Shown: piece by piece, positions 12,259 through 23,825 of the stretch
How the letters are laid out: each line of letters starts with the position of its first letter
Numbering within the stretch: position 1 is the first letter of the stretch
Origin: Nemertoderma westbladi
Lineage: Eukaryota > Animalia > Xenacoelomorpha
Direction of reading: 5' to 3'
NCBI GenBank assembly: GCA_032718475.1
Contig: JAUCBJ010009048.1
Location: 62,001-126,000, forward strand
Length of the DNA stretch: 64,000 bases
The notes under the pieces: generated by a model
What the model saw: only the letters and a program-made list of their open reading frames with translations
The model's database searches: none
Told to the model about the DNA's origin: nothing
Translations under genes and position numbers: made by a program

Positions 12259-13079
12259 GTTATGTTAAATTTTGGTTCTTGTAAATAAATATATACAGTA
12301 TGATTTTAGGATCATGAAGGGGAGGAAGTATTAGAAAATCATCTGATTGGTGGAATTTAGATTACATCTCTACAATGGACAAGTAGTTATGTTGGGGGTT
12401 CTCCGAAATGAATCGAATAAAAACGCGAATCTAATAAAAACGGGTTCAGAACTATAAAATTACTTTTTTTATGATGAAATATATATAAAACTATAAATTA
12501 TATTCACGGGGCCACACCAAATTTGGGTCCACCAAAAACGGAACCCCCTTCAGTGACCTGTTTTTATACTTCGGTGAACCAGAAAATGTTCATATCAGCA
12601 CTGATTAGTACATGAATTTCCTGTCATTCGAATGAAAATCCCAAAGTGCCAATAGGGTTAACGATAATGTTGTTTTGTGCCGTTACTATTGCATGCGGTG
12701 TGTCTTACCGACTAATGCTATCATAAACTAATCGTGTGATAAGCCTTTTTGTGTGTTGTTCGTTGTTCTACGGCAGAGCCGGTTGGTGAGAGGAAACATG
12801 GAGTTCAGCCATTGCCATTCCCAAAACGTTGCATAAAATTCACTTGAAAACTATTTTATTTTTTTATTTTGGAATGACCAACTTCCCATTAGTACCAATA
12901 AATCACTATAAGGTTTAAGAACAAACTAACTGGTACAACATCAACGGCTGGGGCAAGCCACTGGATTACGATACTATATTCCAAGACATTGTGTAGAAAA
13001 TCAAACAAAGAATCACTACGATGGTGAGAATAGGCCAATTTAATTTTGTTGTATTTTTCATTACCTTTTTTTATCTTTT

Positions 13080-13695
13080 TTTTGTTGGTATCAATAGAAT
13101 ATTCATCAATTTATTATTCCATTAATAAAATATAAAATCAGGCGAAGCACAAATGATCACAAATTAATTAAGTAGAATAATTAAGATTGAAGCACAGGTT
13201 AACAATAAATATTTACAATAAAGAAACAGATATGTAATCAGTACATATCTGGGTCAACACCCCGAATCCCCGCCAAGGTCGTCCGAAGGAGACCAAACTA
13301 CAGCCGCCGCCTCACCACACCCAAAACCTCTCTCAAACCCCGCTGTCTCATCCCGATCCTCTTAGAGCATAGGGTCTCCGCAAGGTGCCGGATGAATACA
13401 GCCGCCTCCGCACCCCACACACCGTCGGTGGAACATACCAACGGGTTGAAGTGCATCCTGCGGGAGTCGCAGGCCTCCTGGTAGTGGGCCTGCTAGACCC
13501 GCTCCCTCTGGGCGAGTAAGGTCTCCGTTGAGGCGTTGGAGCGAACATAGGAAGTGGCGTCGAGATTTATAATCGATACGTCGAAAGATGCCACTACCTG
13601 GTTCGCCCAAACACCCCTGGATACCTAATCTGCCCTCACCCCCTCCACCGCCTGCCCATCCGAGACCAGGTGACCTTCGGCCAGGGTGACCTCCA
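13080..13695 (-). mobile_element. 3' fragment of a CRE-clade non-LTR retrotransposon (restriction-like endonuclease)
   Basis: Hand translation: VRAD*VSRGVWANQVVASFDVSIINLDATSY...HYQEACDSRRMHFNPLVCSTDGVWGAEAAVFIRHLAETL, matching the RAD..FDV..Y..F.PLV.S.DG RLE pattern. Confidence 0.75.
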
Positions 13696-13699
13696 ATTG

Positions 13700-13845
13700 A
13701 ACTTTTTCTATCATTTTTACTTCATTTCCTTTTTTATCATTTTTAGTTACATTACCTTTTTTTATCATTTTTAGTTACATTGCCTTTTTTTTATCATTTT
13801 TAGTTACATTGCCTTTTTATAATTTCTAGTTTCATTTCCTTTTTT
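13700..13845. repeat. ~30-bp AT-rich tandem repeat (tttttatcatttttagttacattRcc), 4-5 copies
   Basis: Seen directly; a related unit lies at ~13050-13080. Confidence 0.75.
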
Positions 13846-13918
13846 GTATCGGTACCGGTAGGGTGCGTAAGCACTATCTGACTGAATGTATTGTTGTTTG
13901 AATTGAGTAGCATCTTGA

Positions 13919-15030
13919 GATGATTCGAAATGACTACCGGTAATCAGTTTGTGTCTGGCGAGGTAAAACGTTATGTCTCTATTGGTTACACTTATAAACA
14001 AATAGTCTACTTCCTCCAACAACATCCTGATGTTCTGGATTCTCAGAGAACTGTGCGACGATATGTACAATAAATGGGTATACAAAAGAAATTCGACCGT
14101 ACCCGAATAGATGAGATAATTACTGCCATTCGTGTAGAGCACGCATGCGGTTACAGACAGATGATAATAATTTTGTTTCATAAGTATGGTCTTTTCGTTA
14201 GAGAAGAAGTCGTTGCAGCGATACAAAGATAATTGAACCCAGAATTCGTAGCAAGTAGAATAGGTCGACGCACCATTAGGAGAACATACAATGCAAAGGG
14301 GCCTAACTACGTCCACCACATTGATGGCTGGGATAAACTGAAACCTTTTGGTTTATCTGTCCATCTGATTGCTTCATATTATTTGTACGCTGTGAACGAA
14401 CTAAAAGGAGTGTCGTGGTTGATCCGTTCCGACAGGGGCACAGAAAACGTTAATATATAATCTATGCAACGTTATTTAAGGGCAATTAATAGTTGTGACA
14501 ATTTTGCATTTGCTTATTTATACGGAAAAAGCGTTCGTAATCAACGAATTGAGGCTTTCTTTCATTTACCAAAGCTTGGTATTGAAGAGTGGCTGTCACA
14601 CTTCTCTAATTTAGAAATAGATGGGTTAATTGAGACTTCAAATAAAGTTCATATTCAGGTCATACGATGTGTCTACATGGTCCTACTGCAGAAAACATTA
14701 GACGTGATACAGGAGCTTTGGAACTCCCATCATTTAAGAAAAAGCGGACTTTTGGACGCAAACCGGACATTTTATTTTTGGACAGTCCCAATTATTTACA
14801 GGAGATAGATATCACAGACTTAGTCCTTATGGACAATTTTTCGTATGATCGAGCACCATGTCTCGAATCAGTTTAACAGCTCGTCCATAGCTACGTAACC
14901 GAGAAAAGACAACTTGAAGGCAACGCTGGTGAGATCAACCACCCAGAGAACTGTGAAAGTTTAGAACAATGCAAAAAAACTGCGCTTTATTGTATTCGTT
15001 TGATTACGCATGATCTTCGTGAACTGTAGT
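13919..15030 (+). pseudogene. Decayed IS3EU-type (integrase-core DDE) transposase
   Basis: GYRQM..., RRTYNAKGPNYVHHIDGWDKLKPFG, IRSDRGTEN, GKSVRNQRIEAF, WNSHHLR; broken by stops. Confidence 0.8.
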
Positions 15031-15169
15031 TAATGATATGTTAATGGATTGAACTTAATGATTTGTAAATGATATTACTGTACAGTACTAAAAAAAGTAG
15101 AACTTTTTTTCACGATTCTCAAGGTATATTATTTACCGAGTGCAAGCGAGGTTGATAAGGTTCCAAGGT

Positions 15170-15245
15170 TCCACCTTGGTGTAGTGGTTGCATTGAATTC
15201 ACATCTCCCGTAGGTTGAGGGTTCGATCCTCACATAGGCCAGGGC
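15170..15245 (+). mobile_element. tRNA-derived SINE head / tRNA-like pseudogene
   Basis: Pol III A box TGGTGTAGTGG (15177-15187) and B box GGTTCGATCC (15220-15229); no complete cloverleaf. Confidence 0.55.
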
Positions 15246-15994
15246 AGTTTTCGTTTCGGCACAAAAGGCTTTAAAGGGACAGCCAGGGGGTCGTATGCTA
15301 TGTGGCTACCAGGACCTGTCGGACTGGGTGTACTCTGGATGGAGCTCACATCAGTCACCTTTCCGATTTCCTGATCAAGATCTTGAATGGGTCTCTCTCC
15401 AGGTTTAGCTCCGCTTAATTCCCAGCTTCTGGATCGAGAACTAGGATAATTCCAACTCCAGGTTTATCTCCTGTAGGGTTTGCTTCCTTAGAATCAAGCA
15501 AGTACTGGGAATATTACTCCCCCTGGAGCACACCCGCTCAGGTTCCTGGCTTCTGGATCACAAACTTGGAGTTGTTCTCTTCCGTTTAGTTGACTCATTT
15601 CATGCTGTGAGTTACCAGGTGAATTTTTTGCAAACTCTGGAGTTAGAGTAATATCTACATGTTTATCTATGTCCTGCCCTGCATTATCAGCAAAATGAAT
15701 TGCAGGGATTATTGGGTGTGTCAGTGTTCTTATTTTGCTTGATAAACCTCTCTACTCTAAGCAGTAGTGCTGCTCATGTTCCTGAAGGTGATATGTCCCG
15801 ACTGGAGAGGAAAGATTTGAGTCGCGCAGTGTTTTCGAATATCTGGGGTCTTATCCAGATATTCTAACAATGCGCCATATATGATTTTTATATTTTATTT
15901 GTTTATTAGTCCTGGGCTAGGTTTGAAATGAATCAATGAGGAGTACAGTAATATGGTACGATTCGTTTTAAAAATTAACTACCTGAAACAAGGG

Positions 15995-16210
15995 GCAATA
16001 TACAAAAGTATTGTATGTTGTAATATATCAGGGTTGGTAAAGTTTACCAGATAAAGGGAAGGGTAGCAATTCAAAGATTAATTAATTACCAGTAGCTGGT
16101 AAGCAATATATATAGCAATATACAAAAGTATTGTCTTTTGTAATATATCAGGTTGGTAAAGTTTACCTAATAAAGGGAAGGATACCAACTAAAGGACTAA
16201 TTTATTAATT
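15995..16210. repeat. ~120-bp tandem duplication
   Basis: gcaatatacaaaagtattgt...ggtaaagtttacc..taaagggaagg occurs at ~15996 and ~16116. Confidence 0.7.
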
Positions 16211-17454
16211 GTGGTACTTTGTGTAAAAAATAAATTAAATTAAATGCAATTAATTATATATATGAACATGTATGCAATTAAGGCGAGATTCAGCAAGCAG
16301 CAGAGAAATAAGCCAACAATCTTAAGCCCTACAATGGTATGAGTAACAGATATCAGTAGTATGGTGGCCCATTAAGGCCAAAGATAAATTTACGTTTGTT
16401 CTATGACAAATTTAATAAAACAATAATTAAATGCTGAAATATTTTATGGTAATTAAAAATTTATAAAAAAAATGTGGCCTCATTGGGCCATAGCATGGCC
16501 CAATGAGGCCAAAATAAAGATGAAATATTTTAATTATTAAAATGTTTCTTCCACGTGGCCCATGAGAGTGCCATTCCCGTAGACTCTGGTGTTACCATGG
16601 CCCATGGGTGCCATGCCAGACTGACAGAATAAATATAGGTACCGCTGTACCGCAGTAGGCAGGTAGGTACCGGTACTAATGTATTACAGTATTATGTTAC
16701 TGTTTTTGATCGGTTACGGTCTGATGGTAACTACAGTAGGCCTATATATGTATGTATAACGGCAGCCTTTGCAACTACCGGTAGCCTTTGCAACTACCGG
16801 TAGAACTGACTGGGGTAGACCTGATACGGGTTGCGGTGGGCAATATTCCGATAATGTGGTAATTAGATCATAGATGTGAGATTAGAGTCTCAACTTCGAG
16901 ACCTGGTGAGGCGCAGCACTTCGGAATAACGTATATTAATTATAACATACCGTCAACACCCGAATATAGGCACACCCAAATATGGTCACCCTTGAACATT
17001 TTTTGATATATCTGGCTGAATTTTCGTATTGAGTATTCAAAATGAGGTTTTCTAAGTTGACCACTTACCCCTTTTTAAGTTTAGTCAACAGCTATTTGAC
17101 CTGGGGCCTGTAATGATGCAATAAATTGTTGGGGAAAATCAGCTGATGCTTTTCTGTCGCCTGAAATCTCGAGCGACAGTAGGCTATTTTATTGCACCAT
17201 AGGCTGAATCACAATTCTGTAGGTCCATCATAGTTGTATGTGGTGTTTTTAGATATTGAATATATACTTCTTGCAGAAACAACATAGGTTAGGCCTTAGA
17301 ACAACTCCGTTCTGTAGTTAGTATGTGGTGCCCGTTTTTGGGTAGGAATCATGAGCAATCAAAAACGTTACTATAATATAGGCACCTCTCTTTATTTGTA
17401 AATTACAATATCTGTTCTGGTATTATTTATTCTGTTATATATTGAAGTTTTATT

Positions 17455-20208
17455 ATGGCGAAAAGGCGACAGTGGGATAACCGAGACATGTTAGCAGCCT
17501 ACGATGAAGTTATAAACAAGAAAGTACCCATCAAAACTGCTGCTCGTGATTGGGGAGTGCCTCGCACTACATTACAAAATCGAGTCCACGGGAAAGTAAC
17601 ACTTGACTGCAAATTGGGTGCTCCAACGATCTTGTCTGAGGAAGATGAATCAGCTCTAGCAGCGTATGTGGAGTATGTTGCAATACGGGGGTACCCAATG
17701 ACACCAGGGATAGTAATGTTACATGCACGTTGTGTAGACAGTGCCAATGTTCGACATGGGAAATATGATACACCCGTGTTTGATAATAATCATTCGCACC
17801 AATATCACTGGTTTCAAGGATTTATGAAACGTCACCCTGATCTAAAGCTGAGAAATCCAGCACGGCAGGACAAAGGCCGAGTTTCAGTCACGGTTGATGA
17901 TATCCGTGACTATTTCGGAATGGTTAGAAAGGAACTGATTGATGCTGGCATAGCTGTTTCAAAACCAGGTGGTTTTCTGGATATTATCCATCCCGACTGT
18001 TTTTGGAACTTTGATGAAACTTCCATAGACCTGTCAAAGGACACAATGAAGGTGGTGATTCCAGTGAAGAAATTAACTCGCGCCACAAAGCTGAAGGCTG
18101 GCATTGGTGAACATGTAAGTGCTGGCTGCACTGTTAATGCCAGTGGGAATGACATGCCACCATTCATCATATTCAAGGGTGCCTTTCCTGGTGGAAATTA
18201 TGCCAAGAATGGACCTGTTGGAGCAGTGTATGGCCGGTCTGAGTCAGGGTTTATAGATGGCGACTTGATGGTCAAATATTTCTCCAAGCTCTTCCTAAAG
18301 CACAAGATCGAGAAACAAGGCGTTGTCAACATTCTGACGTTAGATAGTTGTGGTCCACACTTGAACGTTGATCTAATTCGTATGGCACGTATTAACAATG
18401 TTCTACTAATTACTTTCGTTCCCAATTCTACACATGTGACGCAACCACTGGACGTTGCAGTGTATAAGAGCTTCAAGTCCTGTCTGTCAAAGCTTGTAAA
18501 CATTGGGCAATGCTTGAGAGGATCACTGTGGATATCCAAAACAGATATACCGCGGATGCTGCGAATTCCATTAGATGAATCCATGACAAGAAAGAACATC
18601 AAAGCAGGGTTTAGGGGAGCAGGACTTGTTCCATTCGATCCAAACAGCATCGATAAGACACAGCTGATCCACTCTGGCCTCATTGATAGTGCTGATGTGG
18701 ATTTGATGCCTATATCAACTGGAAGTTCTGTGTCAACCACCTGCACCATTGCTGTGACAACAACTACTGCATCCTCGTCTCTGATATCGATTTCAACACG
18801 TTCAAGCACTACTGGTGATATCTCAGCACCAATTGACATCAACTTACTGAATCAGCTTAATCAGGTCGATCAACTTGCCACAGTCACTAATCCAGGTTAC
18901 AGTGGACTTTCAAGTTCTATAACATCTACTGTCACTACTGATGAATCCTGTCATCATCCACTTGGCAATTCATCACAACTATTGAATGATCAGCTCATCA
19001 CTCCCAACTTTCAGCAATCACATGCAGTGGGACCAGTTCTACCATACACTATTCCATCAACCTCAACTGGACTAGGTCCACATCCAGGTTCCAGTAGACT
19101 TTCAAGTTCTATAACATGCACTGTCACGTCTGATGAGTCCTGTCATCATCCACTTGACAATTCATCACAATTATGGAATGATCAGCTTATCGCTCCCATC
19201 TTTCAGCAACCACAAGTCTCAGAGAGACCAGTTATACCAATACCTTACACTATTCCATCAACCTCAACTAGACTAGGTCCACATCCAGGTTCCAGTAGAC
19301 TTTCAAGTTCTATAACATGCACTGTCACGACTGCTGAGTCCTGTCATCATCCACTTGACAATTCATCACAATTATGGAATGATCAGCTTATCGCTCCCAT
19401 CTTTCAGCAACCACAAGTCTCAGAGAGACCAGTTATACCAATACCTTACACTATTCCATCAACCTCAACTAGACTAGGTCCACATCCAGGTTCCAGTAGA
19501 CTTTCAAGTTCTATAACATGCACTGTCACGACTGCTGAGTCCTGTCATCATCCACTTGACAATTCATCACAATTATGGAATGATCAGCTTATCGCTCCCA
19601 TCTTTCAGCAACCACAAGTCTCAGAGAGACCAGTTATACCAATACCTTACACTATTCCATCAACGTCAACTGGACTAGGTCCACGTCCGGGTTCCAGTGG
19701 ACTTTCAAATTCTGGTCATCTGACATCAGTTCTGCAGAATCCCTTGGTTACATATGGTGTAATCTCAGAGAGCTATGCTAGCGTTTTTCAACCTGCAGTT
19801 GATTACATTCCTCAGGGAAAAAAGCGGCCAATACGTTTAAAGACAAAAGCGCGAGTTCTAACTTCTGACGAAGTATTCAGTGGAATGGAGGCTGAGCAAC
19901 GTCGAGTCGAGGAAATCCAAGCAAAGAAAATGCGCAAACTGCAAGAGAAAGAAAACAAAAAGAAAGCCAGCACTACTAAGGCTAAGGGATGTGGAAAGGG
20001 TAAAGCCCATAGTTCAATAATTGATTCTGACTCCGACATTGACGAATCAATCTGTTACATTTGTGGTGATGATGGTCAAGGCAGAGATACAGACTGGGCT
20101 GGCTGTGATATATGTTCAAGGTGGGCGTGTGATCGGTGCATTGCATCAACATATATTGAAGCTGAGGAAGATTATATTTGTGATATTTGCAAAAAAAATT
20201 GTGGCTAA
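17455..20208 (+). CDS. pogo transposase (psq HTH, CENP-B HTH, DD35D, 67-aa repeats, C-terminal PHD-like finger), 917 aa
   Basis: AARDWGVPRTTLQNR; NFDET, LTLD..H, QPLD (35 residues between the second and third D); CYIC...WAGCDICSRWACDRC...YICDIC. Confidence 0.93.
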   Translation: MAKRRQWDNRDMLAAYDEVINKKVPIKTAARDWGVPRTTLQNRVHGKVTLDCKLGAPTILSEEDESALAAYVEYVAIRGYPMTPGIVMLHARCVDSANVRHGKYDTPVFDNNHSHQYHWFQGFMKRHPDLKLRNPARQDKGRVSVTVDDIRDYFGMVRKELIDAGIAVSKPGGFLDIIHPDCFWNFDETSIDLSKDTMKVVIPVKKLTRATKLKAGIGEHVSAGCTVNASGNDMPPFIIFKGAFPGGNYAKNGPVGAVYGRSESGFIDGDLMVKYFSKLFLKHKIEKQGVVNILTLDSCGPHLNVDLIRMARINNVLLITFVPNSTHVTQPLDVAVYKSFKSCLSKLVNIGQCLRGSLWISKTDIPRMLRIPLDESMTRKNIKAGFRGAGLVPFDPNSIDKTQLIHSGLIDSADVDLMPISTGSSVSTTCTIAVTTTTASSSLISISTRSSTTGDISAPIDINLLNQLNQVDQLATVTNPGYSGLSSSITSTVTTDESCHHPLGNSSQLLNDQLITPNFQQSHAVGPVLPYTIPSTSTGLGPHPGSSRLSSSITCTVTSDESCHHPLDNSSQLWNDQLIAPIFQQPQVSERPVIPIPYTIPSTSTRLGPHPGSSRLSSSITCTVTTAESCHHPLDNSSQLWNDQLIAPIFQQPQVSERPVIPIPYTIPSTSTRLGPHPGSSRLSSSITCTVTTAESCHHPLDNSSQLWNDQLIAPIFQQPQVSERPVIPIPYTIPSTSTGLGPRPGSSGLSNSGHLTSVLQNPLVTYGVISESYASVFQPAVDYIPQGKKRPIRLKTKARVLTSDEVFSGMEAEQRRVEEIQAKKMRKLQEKENKKKASTTKAKGCGKGKAHSSIIDSDSDIDESICYICGDDGQGRDTDWAGCDICSRWACDRCIASTYIEAEEDYICDICKKNCG
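18890..19715 (+). repeat. In-frame 201-bp tandem repeat (~4 copies) inside the transposase
   Basis: catccaggttccagtagactttcaag at 19081, 19282 and 19483; a more diverged 192-bp first unit from ~18891. Confidence 0.93.
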
Positions 20209-21687
20209 TTTTGAGGTACCACTATATACTGTGTATTAAACTCATGCATTCAGCGTTGTTTTGTTTTGTTTAGGTATTTGTTATTGTTTGTTCTCCTTCT
20301 CATATTTTTTGAAATGTTTTGTTATGTTTTGGTTAGGCTATGATCTTTCTTTAAATTCAGTCAGTATCTTAAACATCCATTTAAATGCAGTATCTTTAAA
20401 TGCAATATCTATCTATGCAATATCAAATACGGTATCTTTAAATGCAGTATCGTAAAATACACCTGTTGTATAAATTTAAATGTATATAATTTAATTACAA
20501 TTTTAAATGCAATTCAATATAATAATAATGTGTAATAATAATAATATAATATAATAATATTAATATCATTAATGTGTTCATTGTTGTTGTTATGTTTTAA
20601 CATTTTAACTGTTATTTTGAAACAGTTAAAATGTGAATTTTTTTAAAAATTCGGAAACTGCCCATATTAGGGTGTAATTTAATGTATGTAATGTCTATGC
20701 AGCTGCGAATGGCACTATATTAGGGGGCATTTTGAGGCGAGAAACGGTACTAACTAATTCAAATGAAATACAATGTTAAGTGCCCGTATTTGGGGAATAT
20801 ATATTTTTTTCCCTAATATGGGCACTTTTAAATTTTTAAAAAAATATATTTTCGGAGCGCTGACTCCGAAAATTGAACAAATAGGTCTTATAGCCAATAT
20901 AATTGTGGATATACAGACTTATTTAACATCTGGAAATTTGTAAATCTTGAACGCACTAGATGGTCAAATTTGAAAAGTATGCCCATATTTGGGTGTTGAC
21001 GGTAGACATTACTGAGTCTATTAACGCTGTAAGTGAACTGAAGGAAACATTCAAAGATACTACTTTGAGATAGAGGGCCATCAATCAGAAATTGCGTAAT
21101 TGCGAAATGCGATATTTGTATACCATGTAACAGTCAGTGTAACATGATGCCCGAAAGCCTTCCGCAAAGAAAAAGAAGAGGAAATTAAACTTTCACAGCA
21201 ATGGCCCTCTTTACACGTTCGATAGGCATGATAAACTTTGTGGCTATCAGAATAGTACTTTTCCGCTAGGTAGGCCTATCTACAGATCTACGGATGTTTA
21301 GATACATTTTCGAGGAAAACCCTATTGTGTAGAGTTATTTATTCCAACTCCAATCCCCATGTTGTTGGGAATTTATATTTTAAGCGCCTTCCGGTTTTCG
21401 TCCGTTTCGACAGAGGTACGGAAACGGGAAAAGGTTACATGCAGCTTTATCATCAGAGTTGGTATTTTTGACGATCCAACTGATGGCGTAATTTACGGCC
21501 CATCCACAAATAATAAAATTGAAAGATGGTGGAGAGAATTAACGGAGCAATTGGAGCCCAGGAGCCTGTTTTCAAGGTGCAAATGAATGATCTATTTCGC
21601 AGAAACCTCTAGGACCACCTCCGATAAACTGATTATACATATATATTAATTAAATTAATTTATAATTATTAGTTTATTAGTATTATA

Positions 21688-23553
21688 CAGGGTGTTCCAC
21701 AAAATTTGACACGTTTTTGTTTTTTAATAACTTTGCGCGATCTCAACCTAATTTCCTAGTTTTGGTGGCAATTTGAAGCCAAAAGATAAACTTAAACTTT
21801 GGTTTGGGTATGGCATGTTTTAGTTGCTATGGAAACTTAATGTTGCTATATAAAACAAGAGTTTGATTATCCACTTAATTTTACTATAAATATAAAGGTA
21901 TAAAACTGCACATATTAGTGAAATAATAATGAAACATATAGGTAGTGGGCTAAAATAGTTTAATATTGGGTAAGTTTACAATGAGTTTACTACTACTTTA
22001 TACTAATTTAATTTAATTAATTATAATAATTTACTACTAATACACTTCAATATGTCCTCCTCCAATATGCTGGACGTGATCCAGTCTTCTGCGCATCTCC
22101 TTGAAGCAATTAGCGAAGTAATCCTGGGACAATGAACTAAAGGCATCCCGAATTGCCGTCTTCAGTTCCTCAACATTTTGAAGATTCTGGGCGTACACTA
22201 GATTCTTCACATGCCCCCATAGACTAAAATCCAAGGGAGTCATGTCTGGTGATCGTGGCGGCCACTTTACAGGAGCATCTCGACCGATCCATCGTCCCTG
22301 AAAGTTTTCATTGAGAAACTCTCTTACCAATAAGCCCCAGTGGGGTGGTGCACCGTCTTGTTGGAAGATTGCCGTGGAGAGATTTGATAACTGGGGAACA
22401 AAGTAGTCCTTTAGCAAGTCTAGGTAAGAGAACCTGTTTACAGTAGAATGGGGGAAGAAATATGGGCCAATTAGTTTGGTTTCGGACATCGCAGCCCACA
22501 CTGTAACCTTTGGGGTATCCCTAAACTTTTCTACAATTTTATGAGGGTTCTCCTTTCCCCAAATCCTACAATTCCATCTGTTTACTTGGCCGTTGATATG
22601 AAAAGTTGCCTCGTCGCTGAAGAACACGTTACTCAGGTCCTTATCATGGAGGTACTCTGCTATTTTAGAAGCGGCTTCTACTCGTGTTGAATAATCTGAG
22701 GATTGTAGTCCATGAACGACTTGGAGTTTGTAAGCTCTAAAGTGGAGATTCTTTGCAGTCCTATGCAAACATCCAAGACTAACGTTTAGAGCCAATGATG
22801 CTCTACGTAATGAGGTTTCTGGGTGTGCGGTTAAATATTGGCCAATATTATTAACAACATTTTCACTAAGGGGCAGTCTACCGGAACCTTTCTTACGCAA
22901 TAGCGTTTTTTCGTTTCGAAATTTAATGACAATCCTAGATATGTCTTTCCTTGTAGGTCGCCTTTCTCCAGGATATTTATGGGAATACTGTAGTGATACA
23001 AGTTTTGCAGATTTCAGCTCAAAAAACTTACTTATGATGAAAACTTTCTGATCTCCAGAAAACATATTAGTTATTAAATTGACATCTAAATGTAACCAAA
23101 AAAGTTTATATGCTGTAATTATGTAGTGACTGTAGGCCTAACCATGAAGACATCAATAACTGTAGACAACCAATATGCAACACATGTACCAATATGTAAC
23201 GAATGCACAATTAAAACACACTTAAAGCTACAGATAGTGATGATGTTGTCTAGAATAAATAAATTTAGATTGTTACTATGACTTCACTAATACTTAATTT
23301 AGATCAATATTTAAAATTTGTCTTATATTCAACATCTCCCTCATAAATTATCTGAGAACATTTCATACTATTTTTCAGAATAAGTGTTAGTGTGAATAAT
23401 GTATGTTACCATAGCAACTAAAATATTCCATACCCAAACCAAAGTTTAAGTTTATCTTTTGGTTTCAAATTGCCACCAAAACTAGGAAATTAGGTTGAGA
23501 TCGCGCAAAGTTATTAAAAAACAAAAACGTGTCAAATTTTGTGGAACACCCTG
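21688..23553 (-). mobile_element. Tc1/mariner DNA transposon (DD41D, rosa/Visitor type), intact
   Basis: TA|CAGGGTGTTCCACAAAATTTGACACG..., ~150-bp near-identical TIRs, ...CCCTG|TA. Confidence 0.95.
22037..23065 (-). CDS. DD41D transposase (342 aa)
   Basis: FSDEATFH, FQQDGAPPH, WPPRSPDMTPLDF; 41 residues between the second and third D. Confidence 0.95.
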   Translation of the reverse strand: MFSGDQKVFIISKFFELKSAKLVSLQYSHKYPGERRPTRKDISRIVIKFRNEKTLLRKKGSGRLPLSENVVNNIGQYLTAHPETSLRRASLALNVSLGCLHRTAKNLHFRAYKLQVVHGLQSSDYSTRVEAASKIAEYLHDKDLSNVFFSDEATFHINGQVNRWNCRIWGKENPHKIVEKFRDTPKVTVWAAMSETKLIGPYFFPHSTVNRFSYLDLLKDYFVPQLSNLSTAIFQQDGAPPHWGLLVREFLNENFQGRWIGRDAPVKWPPRSPDMTPLDFSLWGHVKNLVYAQNLQNVEELKTAIRDAFSSLSQDYFANCFKEMRRRLDHVQHIGGGHIEVY

Positions 23554-23689
23554 TATTATCTGCGTTAATCCATAGTTCAATACACTGTCCTGCAGTCGAA
23601 TAGCGATAATCAATAGTTCAATAAACAGTACTAGATCCAGCATCCATCGGTATCCATTTTTACTAAAACAGCTCTACAGTAATTATTGC

Positions 23690-23825
23690 AAGTATGCACC
23701 CGAGGGCAGGGTTGGGCGCTACGCTACTCCTATCCCAAGATTTGCTCCCAGTAATTTAAATAATTTTATCGTCCCCAGTAGATGAAAGGCTGGGTGGACC
23801 CTGGCGCCTGGCGGGGCTTAACCCA
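23690..23825 (-). mobile_element. SINE fragment
   Basis: Minus strand GGGTTAAGCCCCG...GTCCACCCAGCCTTTCATC..GGGGACGATAAA resembles a degenerate B box plus a conserved central SINE domain. Confidence 0.4.

Larger units (their letters stand above)
16950..21002 (+). mobile_element. pogo/Tigger-superfamily DNA transposon, intact
   Basis: TA|CCGTCAACACCCGAATATAGGCAC ... TGCCCATATTTGGGTGTTGACGG|TA; subterminal copies of the TIR core at 20660-20830. Confidence 0.92.
16860..21610 (+). pseudogene. IS3EU-type transposase remnant split by the pogo element
   Basis: HFGITYINYNI joins DITESINAV across the pogo TA site; then HDKLCGYQNSTFPL, YGCLDTFSRK, IYGPSTNNKIERWWREL. Confidence 0.75.

Noticed and set aside
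11074-12662. piggyBac element capturing the GPCR (TTAACCC at ~11074, GGGTTAA at ~12655)
   Set aside because: The two ends match only over TTAACCCT, with no extended TIR.
15170-15245. Functional tRNA gene
   Set aside because: A and B boxes are present, but acceptor and anticodon stems do not pair convincingly; treated as a SINE head.
15280-15850. Possible DIRS/RT remnant after the SINE head
   Set aside because: No convincing motif in hand translation.
18198-18842. Long antisense ORFs (also 50322-51011, 58817-59194, 60229-60663)
   Set aside because: Shadows of TE coding sequence on the opposite strand with no recognisable motifs.
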